From an uncultured Actinomycetes bacterium (lineage in GTDB: Bacteria; Actinomycetota; Acidimicrobiia; Acidimicrobiales; CAVRDY01), in assembly GCA_963719935.1 (NCBI GenBank), contig CAVRDY010000007.1, positions 93,810-157,809 on the forward strand: DNA of 64,000 nt, given 5' to 3'. Below the pieces are notes generated by a model. It worked only from the letters and a program-made list of their open reading frames with translations. It did not search any database and was not told the DNA's origin. The translations under genes were made by a program, and so were the position numbers. Of the stretch, positions 60,427-64,000 are shown piece after piece (position 1 is the stretch's first letter; each line of letters opens with the position of its first letter).

Positions 60427-62109
60427 TCAGCTCCGCACCAGGGGCTTGTAGTGGATCCGGTGCGGCTGGTCGGCCGCCGCGCCCAGCTCCTTGCGGCGGG
60501 CGGCCTCGTAGTCGCTGAAGTTCCCCTCGAACCAGCGCACCTGTGATTCTCCCTCGAAGGCGAGGATGTGGGTGGCGACTCGGTCGAGGAACCAGCGGTC
60601 GTGGCTGATGACCACCGCACATCCGGCGAAGGCGTCCAGAGCTTCTTCCAGGGCCCGCAGGGTGTCCACGTCGAGGTCGTTGGTGGGCTCGTCGAGGAGC
60701 AGGACATTGCCTCCCCGCGCCAGCACCTTGGCCAGGTGCACACGGTTGCGTTCGCCTCCCGACAGCACACCCACGGGCTTCTGCTGGTCGCTGCCCTTGA
60801 AGTTGAAGGAGGCGACGTAGGCCCGGCTGTTCACCTCGCGCCCTCCCAGATCGAGCTGTTCACGACCGTCGCTGATCTCCTCCCACACCGTCCTGGTGGC
60901 GTCGAGGGTGTCACGGCTCTGGTCGACGTAGGCGAGCTCCACGGTCGGTCCCACTCGCAGCGTCCCGCCGTCGGGCTGTTCGGCTCCGGTGATCATCCTG
61001 AACAGCGTCGTCTTGCCTGCCCCGTTTGGTCCGATGACGCCGACGATGCCAGCGGGCGGCAACAGGAAGTCGAGGTCCTCGATGAGCAGGCGGTCACCGT
61101 AGCCCTTGGTGAGGTGCTCGGCCTCGATCACCAGGTCACCCAGGCGGGGACCGGAAGGGATGAAGATCTGGAGCCGCTCCTGGGCGCCGTCGCGGTCCTG
61201 GGATTCGGCCAGCAGGCGCTCATAGGCACCCAGCCGGGCCTTGCCCTTGGCCTGGCGGGCCTTGGGCGCCATGCGCACCCACTCGAGCTCACGGTCGAGC
61301 GTTCGGCGTCGGGCGCTCTCTGCCTTCTCGTCACGCTCGAGGCGGGCACGCTTCTGCTCGAGCCAGCCGGTGTAGTTGCCCTCGAAGGGGATGCCCCTGC
61401 CCGCGTCGAGCTCGAGGATCCACTGGGCGACGTTGTCCAGGAAGTAACGGTCGTGGGTGATGGCCACCACTGTTCCGGGGTAGTCCTGGAGGTGGCGCTC
61501 GAGCCAGGCAACCGACTCGGCGTCGAGGTGGTTGGTTGGCTCGTCGAGCAGCAACAGGTCGGGGTGGGAAAGCAGCAGCCGGCACAGCGCCACCCGCCGA
61601 CGCTCGCCACCCGAGAGCGTCGACACGTCGGCGTCGCCAGGGGGGAGCCGTAGCGCGTCCATGGCGATGTCGATGGTGCGCTTCAGATCCCACGCCCCGG
61701 CCGCCTCGATGCGCGTCTCGAGGTCGGCCTGCTCCTCGCCCAGCTTGTCGAGGTCGGCGTCGGGATCACCCCACGCGGCCAGCACCTGGTCGTAGCGTTC
61801 CAGCAGGGCGGCCGACTCGCCGGCCCCGTCCATGACGTTGCCCAGCACGTCCTTGGTGGCGTCGAGGTCGGGTTCCTGCTCCAGGTAGCCGACGCTGAAG
61901 CCGGGGGTCAGCCGTGCCTCGCCGGTGTGGTCGGTGTCGACCCCCGCCATGATGCGCAGCAGCGACGACTTGCCGGACCCGTTGGCACCGATAACGCCGA
62001 TCTTGGCGCCCGGGTAGAAGGACAGCGATATGTCTCGCAGGACCTGACGATCGGGCGGATGGAATCGACCCACCCGCTGCATGGTGAAGATGAACTGCGC
62101 GGCCATCAT
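60427..62109 (-). CDS. ettA: Energy-dependent translational throttle ABC-F ATPase
   Basis: AQFIFTM, DISLSFYPGAKIGVIGANGSGKS, ELEWVR..KARQAKGKARL, second ABC cassette, HRIHYKPL. Confidence 0.95.
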   Translation of the reverse strand: MMAAQFIFTMQRVGRFHPPDRQVLRDISLSFYPGAKIGVIGANGSGKSSLLRIMAGVDTDHTGEARLTPGFSVGYLEQEPDLDATKDVLGNVMDGAGESAALLERYDQVLAAWGDPDADLDKLGEEQADLETRIEAAGAWDLKRTIDIAMDALRLPPGDADVSTLSGGERRRVALCRLLLSHPDLLLLDEPTNHLDAESVAWLERHLQDYPGTVVAITHDRYFLDNVAQWILELDAGRGIPFEGNYTGWLEQKRARLERDEKAESARRRTLDRELEWVRMAPKARQAKGKARLGAYERLLAESQDRDGAQERLQIFIPSGPRLGDLVIEAEHLTKGYGDRLLIEDLDFLLPPAGIVGVIGPNGAGKTTLFRMITGAEQPDGGTLRVGPTVELAYVDQSRDTLDATRTVWEEISDGREQLDLGGREVNSRAYVASFNFKGSDQQKPVGVLSGGERNRVHLAKVLARGGNVLLLDEPTNDLDVDTLRALEEALDAFAGCAVVISHDRWFLDRVATHILAFEGESQVRWFEGNFSDYEAARRKELGAAADQPHRIHYKPLVRS

Positions 62110-62157
62110 CCCGGGAGCCTAGAGGCCGGGTGCGCGGCGACCCCCAGCCCGGACGCG

Positions 62158-62188
62158 GCGGTGCCCCCGCCCAGGGCGGGGGCACCGC
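62158..62188 (-). terminator. GC-rich 15-bp perfect hairpin downstream of the NYN/histone-like gene
   Basis: GCGGTGCCCCCGCCC-A-GGGCGGGGGCACCGC, 14 nt after the stop; no U-tract. Confidence 0.7.
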
Positions 62189-62202
62189 AGGTGATCGGTG
62201 GT

Positions 62203-62571
62203 TCAGCGCCGCTTGGCTGGAGCCTTCTTCTTGGCGGCAGCCTTGCGCTTGGCCGGTGCCTTGCGGGCCGGAGCCTTCTTCTTGGCTGGAGCCTTCTTCT
62301 TGGCTGGAGCCTTGCGCTTGGCTGGAGCCTTCTTCTTGGCGGCAGCCTTGCGCTTGGCCGGTGCCTTGCGGGCCGGAGCCTTCTTCTTGGCTGGAGCCTT
62401 CTTCTTGGCCGGTGCCTTGCGGGCCGGAGCCTTGCGCTTGGCCGGAGCCTTGCGGGCTGGAGCCTTCTTCTTGGCGGCAGCCTTCTTCTTGGCTGGGGCC
62501 TTCCGCTTGGCCGGTGCCTTGCGGGCGGCAGCCTTCTTCTTGGCTGGGGCCTTCTTCTTGGTCGGTGTCAC
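62203..62571 (-). CDS. Possible independently translated histone-H1-like (KKAPAK/RKAPAK) protein, in frame within the NYN-S1 gene
   Basis: GAGGAGG (62577-62583), 5 nt, then GTG (62571) exactly at the start of the basic repeat tract. Confidence 0.5.
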   Translation of the reverse strand: MTPTKKKAPAKKKAAARKAPAKRKAPAKKKAAAKKKAPARKAPAKRKAPARKAPAKKKAPAKKKAPARKAPAKRKAAAKKKAPAKRKAPAKKKAPAKKKAPARKAPAKRKAAAKKKAPAKRR

Positions 62572-63669
62572 CAGCGCCTCCTCGGCGATGTCGAGTTCAC
62601 CTTGCTCGTCGGCGGCAGCACCTGGAGTGTCACCACCGTGGTCTTCGTCGGAGCCGGTGTCGCGTCGAGAGACATCTTCTGGTGCCCCCTCCGAGCCACC
62701 GACCACCGACAACGCTAGATCAATACCGCGCCGAGGTGTGTCAATTCGTTCAACGCGGAAGGTCACGGTGTCGCCGAGTGTCAGTACCTCGCGCGCGCTG
62801 CGGGGCGCGGGATCGCCCATCGCCTTGAGCGGGACGTAGCACTGCACGCCCTCGACGGCGACGTACGCGCCGTGCGAAGAGAAGCGATCGACGACGGCGT
62901 CGACGTTCGAACCCAACGGATGCGCGCCCACGAACTCGATGAAGGGGAGCGCGTCGTTGAGGTAGCCACCCTTGGGCGGCTGTGAGGCGCGTGACCTTCC
63001 GGTCTTGGTGGAGCCACCGGCCGCGCTCTCTTGTTTGTTGCCTGCTGCGGACTTGCCGCCTGCGGACCTGCTGGTGGTGCGGTCCGTGTCTGCCCCGCCC
63101 TTGCCTGCTCCGCCCTTGCCTGAGCGGTCCTTGCTCGGAGCCTTCTTGGCCGCCGACTTCTTGGCTGGGTCCTTCTTCTTGGCTGTGCTCGATCCGCGCT
63201 TGGAGGCGTCCTTGCGCCGCTTCTCCTGGATGGCAAGGCGGCTGGTCCGCCCCCGCACCGGCGAGCGCTCGAGGAACACCCATCCCACGTGGGGTACGGG
63301 CTTGCCTCCGATCAGGCGCCCTTCGTCGAACAGCCAGCTGAACTCGCCGTGGAACTCCTGGAAGGAGTCGTTGCTCAACACGACCGCCTCGGTGCGGTCC
63401 GCGATCTCGAGCACGAAGGCGTCGCCCCGGCCGATGACCCCTGCCGGCGGGGTGATCACCTCCCCGGAGTTCACCGCGGCTTCGAAGTCGGCCACCTCCT
63501 CGGTGGGGATGCGGTGGCCGAAGGTCGCGTCCACCACCACCGTGAAGGTGTCGAAGGGTTGCTCGGCCAGGAAGGCGGTCACCGCCTCGTCGAGTTGGCG
63601 GAGGCTGGGTCGGTCCCGTCCTTCGGTGGCGATGTTGGAACCATCGACGACGAGATGAGTCTGGGTCAT
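62203..63669 (-). CDS. NYN/PIN (Zc3h12a-like) ribonuclease + Lys-rich linker + S1 domain + histone-H1-like tail
   Basis: VVDGSNIA, VVVDA, GD.FVL, VLSNDSFQEF; S1 V..FSSHGAYV....QCYVPL..LGDTV.FRV..ID..RRGIDL; KKAPAK repeats. Confidence 0.88.
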   Translation of the reverse strand: MTQTHLVVDGSNIATEGRDRPSLRQLDEAVTAFLAEQPFDTFTVVVDATFGHRIPTEEVADFEAAVNSGEVITPPAGVIGRGDAFVLEIADRTEAVVLSNDSFQEFHGEFSWLFDEGRLIGGKPVPHVGWVFLERSPVRGRTSRLAIQEKRRKDASKRGSSTAKKKDPAKKSAAKKAPSKDRSGKGGAGKGGADTDRTTSRSAGGKSAAGNKQESAAGGSTKTGRSRASQPPKGGYLNDALPFIEFVGAHPLGSNVDAVVDRFSSHGAYVAVEGVQCYVPLKAMGDPAPRSAREVLTLGDTVTFRVERIDTPRRGIDLALSVVGGSEGAPEDVSRRDTGSDEDHGGDTPGAAADEQGELDIAEEALVTPTKKKAPAKKKAAARKAPAKRKAPAKKKAAAKKKAPARKAPAKRKAPARKAPAKKKAPAKKKAPARKAPAKRKAAAKKKAPAKRKAPAKKKAPAKKKAPARKAPAKRKAAAKKKAPAKRR

Positions 63670-63871
63670 GTGTTCTGCTCCCCCTGCCGCGGCAGGGCCG
63701 CGGTCAGGTCGCCTGCCGAGCCCGGTCTCGCGCAGGGTTTCTCGGGGGTGGACATCCGGGTCCCCAGGGCCCGTCCCGCCTGTGCCGAGGCACCATGACC
63801 GGGACGGCGCACCAACCAGTCAAGCACCTGGCGGGGTCGGGGCAATGCATCGGGTGTGCCAGGATCGTCAG

Positions 63872-64000
63872 ATGGCCTTCGCGGCGGTGCTCTTCGACTT
63901 CGGTGGAGTGCTCACCACCAGCCCCTTCGAAGCCTTCGCGCGCTTCGAGCGTGAGCGGGGCCTGCCCCCCGGGTTCCTGCGCTCGGTGAACGCGACCTCT
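63872..64000 (+). CDS. HAD-IA family phosphatase (partial, runs off window end)
   Basis: My translation MAFAAVLFDFGGVLTTSPFEAFARFERERGLP; not in the supplied ORF track. Confidence 0.85.
   Translation, partial: MAFAAVLFDFGGVLTTSPFEAFARFERERGLPPGFLRSVNATS

Overview
This is a GC-rich actinobacterial chromosome segment. Gene content (mca, nucS, ettA, two WS/DGATs, F420-dependent LLM enzymes, DUF222-HNH, NYN-S1-histone-like protein) points to an Acidimicrobiia-type organism; that assignment is inference. About 60 genes are present, mostly lipid/acyl-CoA catabolism, envelope and housekeeping functions. I saw no rRNA, tRNA, CRISPR array, transposase or prophage. About ten genes carry isolated single-base frameshifts, and ~32.0-41.2 kb is densely frameshifted, most simply explained as long-read consensus error. 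The most interesting signals are non-coding or nested. (1) A DNA-damage regulon is readable from sequence: three PafBC/RecA-NDp-type promoters (TGTC-N12-xAnnnT, two sharing an identical 16-mer) drive an unannotated 58-aa protein, a DUF222-HNH nuclease and a RecB/Cas4-like nuclease; LexA boxes sit at the HNH gene and in the nfeD-stomatin promoter. (2) A histone-H1-like module appears to have its own RBS nested inside a NYN(PIN)-S1 ribonuclease gene. (3) A motif-dense intergenic region carries DnaA boxes, a GlnR/MtrA-type box and a small ORF. (4) Two TetR paralogues with near-identical HTHs precede a carotenoid oxygenase. (5) Short tandem duplications recur at gene ends, and there is a 45-nt REP-like palindrome.
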